From positions 1 through 64,000 of the forward strand of contig CDMY01000425.1 of the NCBI GenBank assembly GCA_001179505.1: a stretch of 64,000 nt of DNA, given 5' to 3'. Shown here piece after piece: positions 12,005-25,821 of this stretch. The notes below the pieces were generated by a model. It did not search any database, had not been told where the DNA came from, and worked only from the letters and a program-made list of their open reading frames with translations. The position numbers and the translations under genes are program-made. This stretch comes from Vitrella brassicaformis CCMP3155. Taxonomy: Eukaryota; Protista; Chromerida. Numbering within the stretch: the first letter of the stretch is position 1; each line of letters opens with the position of its first letter.

Positions 12005-14184
12005 ATGCGAAGGTGCGATTCCATACACCACACACACATGAAACGTGGTGAAGGGGAGATGCATCGCCCTGGATGTGCTGTTGTGCTGCTTCAGGTTTGA
12101 TGGGAGGCCGCCGGGTCGCCTACGAGGCTCTGGACGACGGCCGGTAGGGTAGAAATATGGGCGAGAGATTGAGCTCAGGGGACCCTTTCCCGTGTGTGTG
12201 TGTGTGTGCTGTTCGTTCCATGCCAGGTGTCGCCTCGTCTGCCTCCCTCTCCCGACGGTCGCTATAGCCCTTCCCCTCCCGGCCCTCCGAGGCGCACCAA
12301 CTCCAGACAGCACGACTTCATGCCCCTAGATGACCGTCGTCCTCCCCGTGACTTCACGCCTCCTTACCGTGGCAGCCCGTCACCCTCCCGACCGCCACCG
12401 CCCAGCAGGCGGCGCAGCGACGTCCGCGGCAGTGGGCCAGAGCCGTCGAGGTGGGAGATGGACAGAGGGCCGCGCGATCACTCTCCCCATGGGCCGATGC
12501 GCCACTCGCGTCCGAGCAGCCGCTCCAGGTCACCATCTCCCCCGCGCAAGGCTGCACGGAGTGAGAGAGGCCGCGGTTTGCCCTCGCCACGATCGCAGGA
12601 CAGGAGGCCGCCCAGCCGGCCGGGAGAGGGGAGGGACAGGCGGATGTTCGACTCTCGTGACCGGTCGTCATCTCGATCTCGTTCGGTGATATCGCGCCAT
12701 CGGCTGTCGCGCTCGCCCATCGTCGACCGCAGACGACGGTCCAGAGAAGACATGGAACGTAAGCAGCGACACGATCCATCCGTGCATATACGGGGTCTGC
12801 ATGTATTCGTTTTCGCTGCCTGTCGCTGATCCACCATATAGGTTCCAGGCGCCGCGCCCTCAGCCCGCTAAGGCAGGAGCCGCTGCCCCCCCTCCATCCT
12901 CGCCCCAACGATCGGCCGCTCTTCAATGGTCGCCGCGATCGATCGCCACCTCACGCCCTCGACCGCTCACGTCACCCGCCGCCATACCCGCACCCACATC
13001 CGGCATCGCTGATCGCCGATTTCCCTCTCAAGCCACGACTCGTCCACCCAGAGCCGAGGCATCACCAGCCGGACGTTTTGAGGGTGCCTGCCGGCCCCAA
13101 CACCAACCCCATTCCGTCGCCCAGCAGCGCGTCCAACAACGGTCATGGTCGGCCTTACTCGCGGGATCGGTCAGTGAGGCGAGGAGAGAGGGAGGCCGAG
13201 CCTCAGCGGACGTCGCCCATCACACCGTCGATGCGCGCCAAGGACGTGGATAGGGAGCTGGTGCTGCCCGAGATGCCTCAGGAGCATCCCGAGCGTCAGC
13301 GGGACGATGGGAGGGGGGACAAAGGAGGAGATGTGTCCAGGAGGAACCATGAGATCAAGCGGAAACGGGAGGAGTCACCGAGGCAAGCTGAGGAGGACGC
13401 GCAATGGTCGGGGGCCGCCGAGAGCGTGGCCGCCGCAGCTGCTGCGGAGGCTGCGGGTGCTGCTCTGAGCAAGGCTAAGGCTGGTGATGGTCCTGCTCAA
13501 GCAGCTGGGGGTTTTGTGGTGACGAGGTTGCCCCCCAAGCGACGCATCAGTATCATGTTGCCGCTCAGGCAGAAGGAGGAGCCCAACCAGACGGCCGACA
13601 AGCAAGCGGGACGTGAGCGGGACGACAAGGCGGCGGAGGTTCACGGGAGAGAGGAGGAGCCAGCCAGCGAGCCCACCAAGGAGGCCTCCGAGCCAGTGGT
13701 CGCCCAGGCAGAAACGACACACCATCATCCCCTGCCACAGCCCCCAGCCGTCCAGCACCAGGAGGACATCCATGAAGAGCCGGCAAAGGCGCCGCCGCTT
13801 CCGGCGGGCGATGTGGATGGGGCTGGGGATGCCGTGGATGCGTATCGGCCTGTGAATTGGACCAGCTGTGCTCTGACGGGCCACTGGGCGCTGCTGGAGG
13901 GAGGGGAGAAGCTGAGGGCACTGCTGACCGGTCGGCTGGACGACGCCCTCGACGACCGACAGAAGGAGCAACTCGCCATGGCTGCAAACAGGTGGGTGGG
14001 TCGGGATAGCTGCACGAAAGGGGAGGGAGACTCTGGTCAGTGGGGCTTGGTGCATTTGTTTGTTGATGGCTTTTTGTGCAGGCGTGCACTGTGGGTGCAG
14101 CTGGTGTGCCGCAACTGGCTGGTGGGCCAAGGGGACGATGCAGAGGCATCAGAGAGCAACCCGCCCTCTTCACGACCTGATTGA
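12005..14184 (+). CDS. Arg/Ser/Pro-rich low-complexity protein of unknown function (about 5 exons)
   Basis: In-frame splicing MRRFDGRPPG...|VSPRLPPSP...RSRSPSPPR...DME|...joins ORF 13078-14184. RS dipeptide tracts; no globular domain recognised. Confidence 0.65.
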
Positions 14185-14437
14185 GCAGTGAAAAGGGCGT
14201 GTGTAATGGGGGGAGTGTGTAATGGGCAGAGTGTTGATTTCATGGGTGTTCTATCTATCTAGATAGGCAGCTGATATGCATGGTACCTCACCTCCATGAA
14301 CACGCGACGTTCGTATGGTATGGTTGGTACGGTGGGGTCACATTGACGCACTATCGATAAAAAGAACATGTCGGCGAAAAGTTACCGCACAGAAACGCGT
14401 ACGCCCTAACGTCCCCTCACGTCCTCAACTCACTCAC

Positions 14438-16332
14438 TCACGCACTGTCCGCTGTCTTGAGAACCTTGGATGGGCGCTCGCCTCCCTCGCCCCCCTCACT
14501 ACTCCCACCCCTGCTCTGTCTCTTCTGCCGGTCAACAAAGTCCTGCAAGCTGTCAACTCCAATCCCCCTCTTGGCCAGCCCCTCACGCAGAGCCGTCTCC
14601 AGCCCCTCGCCGCCATCCAGAGTGACGGCCCTCCCGCCAGGCACCACGAAGAGCATGCTCGATTGGTCGATCCAGCGGAACTGAGGCTTCAGAGCATCCC
14701 CCGCCTCGCCGGAGATGTCAGAGAAGTACCGCTGGAAGTCCGTGTTGTTGAAGGCGTGCTCGAAGCCGTGGAGCCAGAGGATGATGCCCTTGTCAGTGTC
14801 GAGGATGAGTCGATCCTCGCCCACCAAGTCGCCCTCCACATTGGTGTTGAAGTCCCACAGCGACCGCATGAGGTGTAGATAGTTGGCGTGCACAGACACG
14901 TCCGGGATGCCGGGATCGGCCATGAAGTACGCAAAAAGCCGACCGGTGACGTATGCATCGTAGCCTGCGAACGCGCGAATGCACACACACAAACGTCACG
15001 CCCCTATGTCCACCGGGGTGGCTGATGTGCGGTCATTTCGCACTAGCGTACCTGCTTCGTGGAACTTGGCGTTGCCCGCATCTGCTCGGTAGGTGTCGAA
15101 GCCCTCAGCCATGACGAACTCCACCGGCAGGGAAGACCTCTCTGCCAGCTGCTCAGTAAGGTCCTCCAGACCTACGCACGCACACGACATCAATCCATCA
15201 CACGATAAGCCGACCTCTCTTCTGCACTGTCCTCCTTCCCACACCTGACCTGTGGAATCGAATTGCTTGTCGGGATGATGAGAGGCCAGCACTGCAGAAG
15301 CAGACGACAAGAGCCCCCTGCTTCTGTGTCCGTCTTACCTCTGTGTTTCTGCATACGTTTTGTGTCGTAGGTGGTCGGCAGGAGGGCTGCCTTGGCCTTC
15401 TTGAAAGCCGCCGCACCGTCCGGCAGCGGCGCCTCCATCCGGTGATACAGGAACAGGAGGTCGTAGAGGCCATTGTGGACCACGACCGGCTTTCTCGACT
15501 TACATATCATCTTCCACACACGCCGGAGGCCCACCTGCTCACGGAATACCTTCCTCTTGGCCGCCTTGTCGCGCTCCTCCCTCTCCTGTTTCTCCTCCAC
15601 GGTCAGGTTGAGCACCACCCTCTGTGGAATCCACCTGCTCTTGCCGGGGCGGGTTTCGACGATGAGATGCGGGAATCTTGCCTCGATGGTCTCGCGCACA
15701 GCCCGAGCTAAGAATGTGTTACAGTTGGGGAGGACAAGCTCCTTGGCGCCGCTCTGCAGCATGGCACCCACGCTCTCCATGACGTTCGCCAGGTAGCTGA
15801 TGTCGTCCTGTCTGGTGAGTTCGATCTTGTGCTGCGGCCTGCCGGGCATGTCAAGAGGGTCTAGTTGCTGCGGTGTTGGGAAGAGTGACTCGGCGAGATT
15901 TCTCTCGCCGGCAGCGTCGAGGTACGAGATGCCCTTGCTCATCCAGCGGCCGAAGTCAAATGAATGGGATCGCAGAAAGTCCATCGAGGACGAATCGATA
16001 AGAAGCTGCTGGGAGAAGCTGTCATTGTGGGCCCGGGGGAAGCAATAGAAGTTGAAGGGCCGCACTTCATATGTGCGCTTGCCGCTGCCACTGCTGTCTT
16101 GACCCTCCGCGAACAGACAGACGCCCCACTGTGCGATTCCGTACTGAGATGCGACTTTCTGCATCTTGCCGTAACGCACATCTGGAGTGTCGCTGGCTGA
16201 GATCTTGGTAAAGGGGTTGCTGTTGAGAGTGATGCCTGTCATCTCGAGGTCAATGGCGATGAAGGCCGCCGATGGAACTGCTGCTTCGAACATACACATG
16301 GCCTCCTCGGCGTTGTCGGTATCAACATTCAT
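14438..16332 (-). CDS. PARN: PARN/CAF1-family DEDDh poly(A)-specific 3'-5' exoribonuclease
   Basis: FIAIDLEMTG, RPFNFYCFP, FDFGRWMSKGISY, VVHNGLYDLLFL, YDTK and FHEAGYDAYVTG. Catalytic residues appear intact; central R3H-like insert. Confidence 0.9.
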
Positions 16333-16445
16333 GGCTGAAAGAACAGAAGGTGTCTACAGACACAAACAGGCACAAGATGCGTTGACAGATCTATGTGGAA
16401 AGCACGGGGAAAGCACAACGGAGAAGGCGGAATATGGGTCGCGGA

Positions 16446-16454
16446 TGCGAGCTT
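16446..16454 (+). promoter_or_regulatory. Candidate promoter motif TGCGAGCTT upstream of PARN
   Basis: Exact 9-mer about 115 bp upstream of the PARN ATG. Confidence 0.55.
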
Positions 16455-16679
16455 GATTGGTGTGGATCGAGATCTCCGTTGAGGTGTGCATCGGGCCCGA
16501 CCAAGTTGACATGCAGGACCATCTGCACTGTGTTTGACCCACGAAGCGCCAAGAGAAGCTGAGAGTTCGGCGGCGTACTCGCCGGTGATGGCAGGGCGCA
16601 AAGCGTCACACATGTGCACAGCGGATAGCCCTTGTTCAGAATCTACATCCCTTATTTGTCCATGAATGCACGTCACGTC

Positions 16680-19600
16680 CTATAAAGACGAAATGAGTCC
16701 AAAGCACTGCCTGCCGGGACTGAGAGTTTCTTCCAGACACGTGTCGTCCCACACAGCCTCCACATAGTTCAGCGCCTGAGACAAGCTGCTCTGCAATGCG
16801 GGATCGCCCGTCTGACACGAAACATCCATGTAATCACGTTTGCCTATGTCTATGTCTATGTATCTCTCTCTCTCCGTGTGCGTGTGTCTTTGTCGCTACC
16901 TGATTGGAAGCATCGGCCCCCCAGCACATGCCTGTCTGTGAGCTGGTCAGGGCACAAACGTGGTGCCGCCCACACGACAGCGTCGAAAGAGAATAGCTGT
17001 CACGCGACCGCTTTGCCTGAAAGACATGCAGAAAGAGACACGACCAGGTGGTGGTAAGGCCATGTCTCACCCACACACCCGCCCATGCACGCACCTTTAT
17101 CGTCCCCGTTGTGCCGTCGACGGCAAGCCAGTTCACCTTTTCGCTGAGCCCCGCGGCAGAAGCATCCCCGGTACCACTTCCCGTCTCTACCTCTGATACA
17201 TCCATGCACCTCGCAGACGCCCACACACCGCTTGTCGGCCCCATATCGTTCTCGGCCACGCACTCGGCGTTCTGTCCGGGTGTGCTGGCCACTATGTATG
17301 CCGCGGTGCATGTTTTGGTGGGCGAGTAGCACGAGCATGTGGCAAGGAATGACGGGGCGGGGTAGACGTTGCTGCAGCGGGTGGATGTCTGCGCCAGGCC
17401 GCCAGAGAAGGTCGACTGCACGTTGGACGAGGAGGCTCTATAGACAGTGCTGTTGAAGTTTAGACACCTGAATCAACAAACACAGCACACGACAAACATA
17501 GAGAGAGACATCAGCTTGCCATTCCCTCTGCCTACAGTGCTTGCGCATAGACGCCCGTGCCGTTGTTCTTGTTATATGCAGCGCACGTATCGCCGGCAGC
17601 CCTCGGTCCCAGACAGTTGGCTGCTGACGTGCTGGAGTAGCAGAAGCAGCCGGCGAGCGTGAAACCGGCCGTGGTGTTGCAGCTGACCTGCACTCCGCTG
17701 CCGAACAAAGTCGAGCTGAGCCCACTCACCTCGGAGGTCTGATCGAGAAGGGCGTTAGACGCAAACTCCACACATCGGGCCTGACAACCATAGACATACA
17801 GAGAGAGAGAGAGAGAGAGAGACCTATCCACGTGCGGCCACGTACACACGAGGCCAGTCCACCTCTGTGTGTACCTGTGCTTCGACGGTCTGTCCGTCCT
17901 CGCCGTTAATGGCAATGCAGCTCTGGGTGGCCACAACGACTCTGGTGCCGTCACATGCGCCGCCCGCTGAAGGGCGACAGCCGCACCCCACCAGCACTTG
18001 CCCAGCAGGACAGTCCGCACTCGCCTCGTCGCCCACATTAGTCCCAGATGGACCATCCCATTGCACACTCACCGACAGGGCCTTCATAAAGGAGACAAAG
18101 AAATGGTAACTTGTGTGTCGGCATTGTCCATTGTCGTGTGCTGCTTACGAATGTGCCGGAGTCAGCTTGTGACGGGTAATCCATGTTGAGAAAGGACAGC
18201 TGCCGCACATCACTCGACGCCCCTCCCCGTCCCGCCCCCTCATGAGACCCCTCCACCCACAGCACCTCCCTCCCTAGCCTCCTTCGCGACACCATCATGC
18301 CACCATTGTCCCCACCGCCAGCTGCATGAGCCGCCTTAAGTCGTCCCGCCGTCTCGTCCATCTGCTGCAGCCGTCTGCTGGGCGTTGAAATAGATCGATC
18401 GCCGAAGTTGAAGCAGTCGAGGAGGCTATAGTAGTCGGACGTGGCCTGCCGCTCGAGACACGTCTGAGTGTCGGTATCGTTGGCATCCTCGATCGTGAGG
18501 AACTCTGAGGGGGCCTGCGCCATGTCCAGGACGAAGGGCGTCCAGAAGTTGTCGTCAACGGCTGGGCTGACAGGGGTGTAGCGATCGATGAAGAACGTGC
18601 CGCTAGTGTTGGTCCGGTACACAGACAGAGAGGCGTCGGCCACTGTGAACCCACCTGACGACCTGCACGAATGCACGAAAGACACGGACAGTGACTATTG
18701 AGTCGTTCATTGAGTCACTCACGTGGTCCAGAGGTGTATGAATGGCCTGAGGAAGCAGGAGGACGTGTTGCCGGCCGGGCTCTGCGAACAAGCGGCGGTG
18801 TCGTCCTCCTGCACCACTATCACCTCAGGCCCATAGGAGTTGGTGTCGTCGCGAAGCAAACCGGCACGAACCAGACGCCCCTGGATGTTCAAATCGCGGA
18901 TGCTGCATGACGTAATGCGACGAGACGCCAGCACTCACTGTGACGGGGACAGCACGATCTCTTTCGTCTCTTCGTGTGACTCACATGGCCTTGTCGCTCG
19001 CCTCGTTGGTGTCATCGATGAGCAGCCGGATGTAGCGAGCCGTGCGAGTGGGCGTGCTCATGGTGTGCGTCGATACCAACTGTCACACACAAAGGAAACA
19101 TGCAGGTGTCTCATGAGGTTGATTGAGTGCACGGATGTCACTTACCGTGCCGGCGGGGTTGGCAGTGACGGGATCGATGAGGTCGTGCCACCAGTCGGTG
19201 TCGTTGTTGCGGACCTGAATGGTGTAGTTCCTGCGGGCATTGTGATGCATGACAGACACATGAACAATGGGACACTCATTTCCCTGCGCTTCACCTGATT
19301 GAGTTCGCGCCGCCTGTGCCACTTTCGATTTCGACACTCTCGATGGAGTAGAACCTGCCAGCAACATGCACACGACATTGCACTGCACGAGACACACACA
19401 CAGTGTTCGCAAAGAGCCTGCTGACGCCTGCAGGTCCACTTCAAGTGTGTGCGGCGGCGAGGTGTCGCTTTCCCAGTAAGTGTTGGTGGGGTCTCCGTCA
19501 ATGGCCTTGTTGGCGTCCCCTGTTGCGCTGTTCGCCGTGATTGTCACACCACTATTCTCCTCCAGGTCTCCCAGAGAATCTGTCAATCCAGACACAAATC

Positions 19601-22600
19601 GAGCCGTCGCAATGCATTGTCCTCTGTGCCTTTCTCACGGACCTCCGAAGTCGACACATGCTTTATTGTGCCAGGCGGTCCAGCAGGCCATGTCGGTGGC
19701 CACGTGGAGGTCCATGTCCAGGACGTTGGAGCCCCACTCGAGCAGCAGCACCGTGTAGCTCAGCGGCGACCCCGCTGTCATGGTCACGTCAGGCACCAGA
19801 TTCACGTCAGCCGTTCCTGTCCCTCGCGCAATGTCCACGTCACTCTGACACACATACATGTAGTGTGATGTCTCTCTTTCTGTCGCTTCGGTTTTGCTCC
19901 CTGGGTGGTGCTACCGTGATGGTGAAGGTGTGTGGGACGTAGCCGGTGGCTGATGCCTCCAGCGACGTGGCGCTGGTGGCGATCGACACGCTGTAGGTGC
20001 CGAAAGCGTCAGTCGACGTCGCTGCGTGAATCAATGACAAATGCGTTTGTGCGGCCGTGGAGGTGGAGGTGAGAGAGACCACCGACTTACCGTTTACCGA
20101 TGCCCCCGCGATTGGGTAGTGCGTGAGGGCGTCCCGGACAAAGCCTTCTACAGTGATTGTGGTCGACGCCGTCACATCGTCGCAGGCGTCGGTCTCCAGG
20201 AAAATCTCAAAACGGTCCTGCACGCACCCCACAACATCCACCCACACATATACATAATGCAGATACACACACATCTCTCCCGCCCTCCATCTTACAGTGA
20301 AGGTGTTGTTGGAGATCCTGATGTTGACACTCCCAGTGCCAGAGAGCGACGCCACGCTGCCAAAAGCCCTCACAGCGTCACTGGCTTCCCGTGTGAGGAA
20401 GGCAAACACCGGAGTGTTGCCGGTCACCCCCGTCAGCGTGCCCGCCTCTACAATGGTGCCGTCGATCGAGTGCTGACCCTTGGGTATGGCCAGCCAGCCG
20501 ACGGTCTCTGTGGTGGGGTGGGGGGGCTGCAGGTCGATGCCGCCGCCCTCGAGCGCCACACGGAAGCTGATGTGCTCGGTGATGGCGGTCGTGGGGGAGG
20601 CTTGGCGGGTCTTGACGAAGTTGGGAGACACGTAGGATTGCACCTGCACGTATTGATGTATCCAAGCATCAGACAGAGAGGCAGCATGGCAAGGGACGGT
20701 GGGTTGATCTGAACGGCTTACTTGTGTGATGACGACGATGGATGAGCTGTAGGAGGAGTTGAAGGGTATGGGGAAGGTGACGGAGTGGAAAGCCCCCCCG
20801 CTGATGCTGACCGTGCCAACCTACCCGTCACAACACAAGACCCAGCATCCACCACCAATCCACCTGACGTCAAGTACCTGGAAAGGCACCCCGGCGTCTG
20901 TGTGGTATGCGCCCTCCTCCAGCGCCAGGAAGGGCAGCACCTCAGGCGGATGCTCGTCGTCACGACAACTAGGCTACACGCACAAAAGAGGTGTGATGCA
21001 TGCGTCCGTCCAAGCATGTGCGTCGTGTCTCATCCACCACCGTGTACGTGCGTGTATACCTCCTGCAGAGTGAGGTCGAAGCGCCACACAGACCCAGTGC
21101 CATCATAGCGGGGCGGCTGGATGCGCACCACCACATTGTTGGGACCATAGTACGTCGGGATACCTGTGCATTCGGCTACATGGATGCAGCCCCCTTGCCC
21201 TCTTGGCTGCCTCACCGCCGAATATCACAGGCCTGGTGAACGGCTCTGAGAGATCGATGGTCTTCCACCGGGACGTGGAGGTGATGGCGTCTGTGGTCCG
21301 CACGCCGAACTCGCCCACGTCTACAGCGGCGTGTGCGAGATCGACATTGAGCGACGCCCCTGCCACTGATGACTTGCCCCAGCAGTCCACTCGCCTGCAC
21401 ACACACGCATCCGTCCGTCCATCGTCCATGTATATGTCCAACACGGCACGTGGTTTGACCTGCCGTTGTATTGGAGGCCGCAGGAGAAGAGGGCACCTGC
21501 GCACATCTGCATACATAAACAGGTGAGGGGGACGCATTGACAGACAGGCATCAACAATTTATGTCTCTCTGTGTCGCTCACTCACAGTGGAGTATCCCCG
21601 GTCCGAGGGCGTCTGCGACACCTGCCCATGAGCATCCAGACCCCAACACCGCACGCTACCATCGGACACCAACCCACACGTGTGCCACCCCTTCATAGAC
21701 ACATCTGTGTAGTGGTATCCTGCACACACATACACACACACATATACACGAAGACACCGAAAGCCATCTAAAGTTCCCACCTGGCGCCAGTGTGGCGGGT
21801 GTGGTCTGGTGGTAGGTGCTGCTGCCGGTGCAAGCCACCGTCCCGTTGTCCATCACCTCACAACCATGGAACGCACCCGTCCGTTCAGGGACCGCACTGA
21901 ACTCAAACAGCTCCACATTCTTAACCATCACCGATGCGTCCACGCCGCCCCCACTGTCGGGTGGGTCGGCATTATAGTATCTGTTGGCCGCATAGATGCC
22001 GGTGCGTGCCAGGGATGGCATGCTAGTGTTGCTGAAGAGGATCGGCTCGCCAAGCAGTGTCCATGGCCGATAGGAGTTGATGCGGTAGTAGCCTGCGCGT
22101 GTTTGTGAAGGGGACAGACAGATGCATGGATGGCGATGATGACATAAAGGGTGTATATGTGAGTGTTTCATGTCTCATGCATACTCGTGGTGGATCATTG
22201 TGTGGACTGACCGCTGAAAAAGAGTCGGCTCCTCACCACTGCACGCACATACGACGCAAACACCAGCCACACGCCCAAATATGAAATCTTCCGCGTATTG
22301 GCGACTTTCTCGTCGCTCGCCTCTCACGTACGCCTCAGGTCGACGGCGTAGAAGTCCGACAGGTCCAATGTCCTCGTCAGCACCGCAGGAATCGAATCAA
22401 ATGCTTGGGACTGCTTAAGCGAGTTGGCCATACTGACCTCCACTGTCGACGTGTCGTTGTTGACCCGCGCCTCGATATAAAAGAAATGCTTCCGGGGCAC
22501 CGAATCGACCGCCGCATCTGCCGCAAAGAGGCCCGCCGCGAGAGTTGACAGTTCTGGTCGGAATTGTAGCGTGGCCAAGAGTGACCAGAGAGCTGAGCCT

Positions 22601-23148
22601 GATGGGTTGGGGCCGAGGTCGGTTGTCAGCTCGATGGCCGTGTTGGCCTCGGGGGAGCTCTCCTTCATCCAATCCGGGATTGTCAGCTCGGTCTCGCAGA
22701 TGCTTCCGGGGCTGGTGGGGTTCATCCCTGCAGTATTCCTCGCCACAAATGACCCGAGGTCACAGGTGGGTTTGACGATCAGGAAGCCGATAGAGACAGG
22801 CGGGACAGGCGGGCTACCGGTCTCGTAATAGCAGACTCGGAACTCCCCAAGTGCTGTGACAGTGACGCCATCAAATTCCAGAGAATCACCCACGGCCGCG
22901 ACGGAACCGCCGATAGTTACGGCGGGGTCGTTGGCGGGCGAGGGGGCGGGGCAGGGGAGATGTGAGCGGAGGATACATAGCTGTGAGGACGGAGTGCCAG
23001 GAGTGAGCCCCAAGCCACGAACGGTAATGGTGCCAGCCGCGCTCTGTGTGAGGATGAATTGGTGAGAGCGCGAGGGATAGTCAGATGCGCACAGCGGGAG
23101 AAGAACAGCAACCAGAATGAGAGAGGCAAGCATCTTCGTAATCGCCAT
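16680..23148 (-). CDS. Large secreted multidomain lectin/adhesin-like protein (signal peptide, RCC1-like repeats, lectin-like modules, carboxypeptidase-regulatory-like Ig, discoidin F5/8C, three Cys-rich modules)
   Basis: Signal peptide MAITKMLASLILVAVLLPLCAS; HTCGLVSDGSVRCWG and HVCALTSSQTGMCWG (RCC1-like); VEGFVRDALTHYPIAGASV; LEWGSNVLDMDLHV; ANKAIDGDPTNTYWES...ARYIRL (F5/8C); SADCPAGQVLVGCGC-type repeats. Exons join in frame to ...CFGLISSL* at 16680. Confidence 0.8.
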
Positions 23149-23348
23149 TGCTGCGTGGTCGCGCGGAAGAAGTTGAAATTGACGCGTCTCATGCAGTCTC
23201 TGCCCCCCAGTGCAATTGCCCCAGTGGCCCACAATTGGTTAGGGCGTCGTTCCCTTTTGTAGTGCATTCACGCTTCCATTCAAGCCATAGATGATTCTTC
23301 CTTCCCTCTACGCTTCGTAGGCATCATTTCCTCCAGATTTGACTAAGC

Positions 23349-25519
23349 ATGTCGGACCCTGAAGTGCCATCAGCCCCCGTGTCGGTTGTTCGAAGACCGG
23401 AGCCATCAGCCCCGCCCACACAGCCGCCGACACAGGAGTAAGCACAACAGCATGTCATCGGGCGGCTCAAACAGCGCAAGTTGTTGGGATGCTGGCTTTG
23501 TTTGCAATGACATGTCAGATTGAAGGCTCCCTTCGCCCATCGAGGTCGGTCGACGCTTCTCGTTTGCCTCACCATGTGGCTGGCGGGATGTGACGATCAC
23601 CTGCTGCCGGCGTCCTTCAGAGCACTGGTAAGTCGTCCACAGCAAGATTTTTTTGCATCATTATCGCCTGTTCTGCAATGATCTGTGCTTCCGATACACC
23701 ATCCATGTAGGAGTCGGACTTAAAGATGCATCCAACGAAGCTGGCGCTGCTGTCCTTCTCCCAGGCCCTCTTCTTCGCTCTGTCTCTGCCGTTCTGGGGC
23801 ATCTCAGCTGACCGGTCCCCACGCAACGCCGTGCTGGGCATCGGCTGCATTATGTGGGGCATCATGACCTGCATCTTCGCCTCCTCGTCTGCCTTCGTCC
23901 TCATGTTCATCATACGAGCGCTCAACGGCATCGCTCTGGGCAGCGTGCCGCCTGTTGGTACGTCCGCTGGCGCAACGGGGGATGGGATTTGATGGTGGAT
24001 TGGTGTCTTTGCTATTGATTCAGGCCAGTCCCTTCTGGCCGACATGTATGGCGAGAACGAGAGAGGTATGGCGTTTGGCTGGGCCCACTCTGCCGCGAGT
24101 CTCGGCCGGCTGGTCGGCGGCGTGACCACCACCACTATCTCGAACAGGATATATTTCAAGATACATGTACGGGAGTGAGGCAATGCATCCTGCTTGTCTG
24201 CCAGTCTGCTGCATAGAGTCGATGATGTCCTCTTGCGCAGGGTTGGCGGCTCGCCTTCTTTGCCGTTGGGCTGCTGTCTCTGGCCATGGGAATTGCAATA
24301 TGGTTCCTCCTGGAGGAGACGCAGTGGCACAAGCACCCAGCCCTGAGGAAGAGACGGCGGATGGGCTCATTCAACTCGCGCACCACGCCCCCCTTGTCGA
24401 GACGGCAGTCGGTGCTGGAGTCGTTTGCTGAGGTCATGAACACGGAAGGGGACACATTTACGGGATTCGCCAGATACCTCCGGGTGCCCAGCGTGCTCCT
24501 CTTGCTATCACAGGTTAGGAAAGAAATGCTTCCAGACCTGCCAGCCTGCCTTTGTCACGTGCTCCCCTTTCTCTTGATCCATTGACAGGGGATCTTCGGC
24601 AACATTCCATGGTCAGCCTTTGCCTTTCTCACGATGTATATCCAATACTGCGGTGTGCCCGACCGGATTGCCGCTCTTTGTATGTCCGGCGGGCTGCTGG
24701 CGGCCGCATGCGGCGGCTTCATCGCAGGCCCCATCGGCGATCGCCTTTACTCGTGGTCAGAGGACCACGGCAGGCAGTACGTCGCCCAGCTGGGTGTGCT
24801 CATCAAGGTGCCTCTCATCACGCTGTTCTTCACCCTGCCCCGCGAGCCATCGTCGGCGCCTTACTTCATCTTGCTCACTATCCCCATCGGCTTCTCCACT
24901 GCATTTGTCGGCTCGGCTGCCATTCAGCCAATCTTGGCGACACTGGTCGAGACACGATTCAGGGGAACAATTTTCTCCTTGGTCAGTCACGCGTGCGGGG
25001 GTAAATGAACGCAGTGGCCATCCGTCCTCTTACCTTTTTTCTGTCGCTGCAGGTCGGTGCATGTGATGTGGCTGTGGGGGCTTTGCTGGGTGCGCCACTG
25101 GTTGCGTTTCTATCCGAATACGTCTTCGGGTGAGAGCCTGGGAGATGGTAGAAAAGATACCCCAACGCACATGCTCCCCCCTTCTCCCCCCTTCTCTTCG
25201 CTCCTTGTGCAGCTATGTCCCTACCGATCAGAAAGTATGGGAGATGTCCGACGAGTTTCGACTCCAGAACGCCGGGTGCCTCGCCCAGGCCTTGCTGTGC
25301 ACCACGGCCATCCCCTGGAGTATCTGTTTCTTGATCTTCTCGGGGCTGCACATGACGGTGCCGCGAGACAGGAAAAAACTGCAGGAGACAAGGGCGGCGC
25401 GGTTCGCCGAGGCCAATGGCAAGGCTGGGGATGCGGAAGCCGCTGAGGGCGAGACGTTCACCAGTCCCGAAGTGAGATGGATGCGACCGAGTGAGCGGAC
25501 ACCACTTGTGCGGAGATGA
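23349..25519 (+). CDS. MFS transporter, spinster-like (paralogue 1)
   Basis: CDDHLLPASFRALESDL, WGISADRSPRN, RALNGIALG, QSLLADMY...ERGMAFG, GWRLAF and GIFGNIPWS, plus multiple hydrophobic helices. Confidence 0.9.
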
Positions 25520-25821
25520 GAGGTGCAGATGGGGGTGTGGGTGTGTCGGTGGGTCGGTGAATAAATGGGGGGTGTCCATCTTGATAACGCGAGGTCATTG
25601 ACATGCGTGCATATTGCTCATCTGATCTCGTGGATCTGTTCACTCATCAGATGGACACTTTTTCCCTAACGTTCACACGCCCTACAGACCATCAATCACC
25701 ATGTCGTCAAACCAAAACCAGACACAATCAATCCTCACCCCACCACCAGAGACGCCAACAGCCCTACTCCCTATGCACATGATCATCACTCGCTGACGTG
25801 ACGCCCTATCGACTCGACTCT

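Noticed and set aside
13375-14173. Long minus-strand ORFs (251 and 202 aa)
   Set aside because: Antisense shadows of the GC-rich SR-rich exon.
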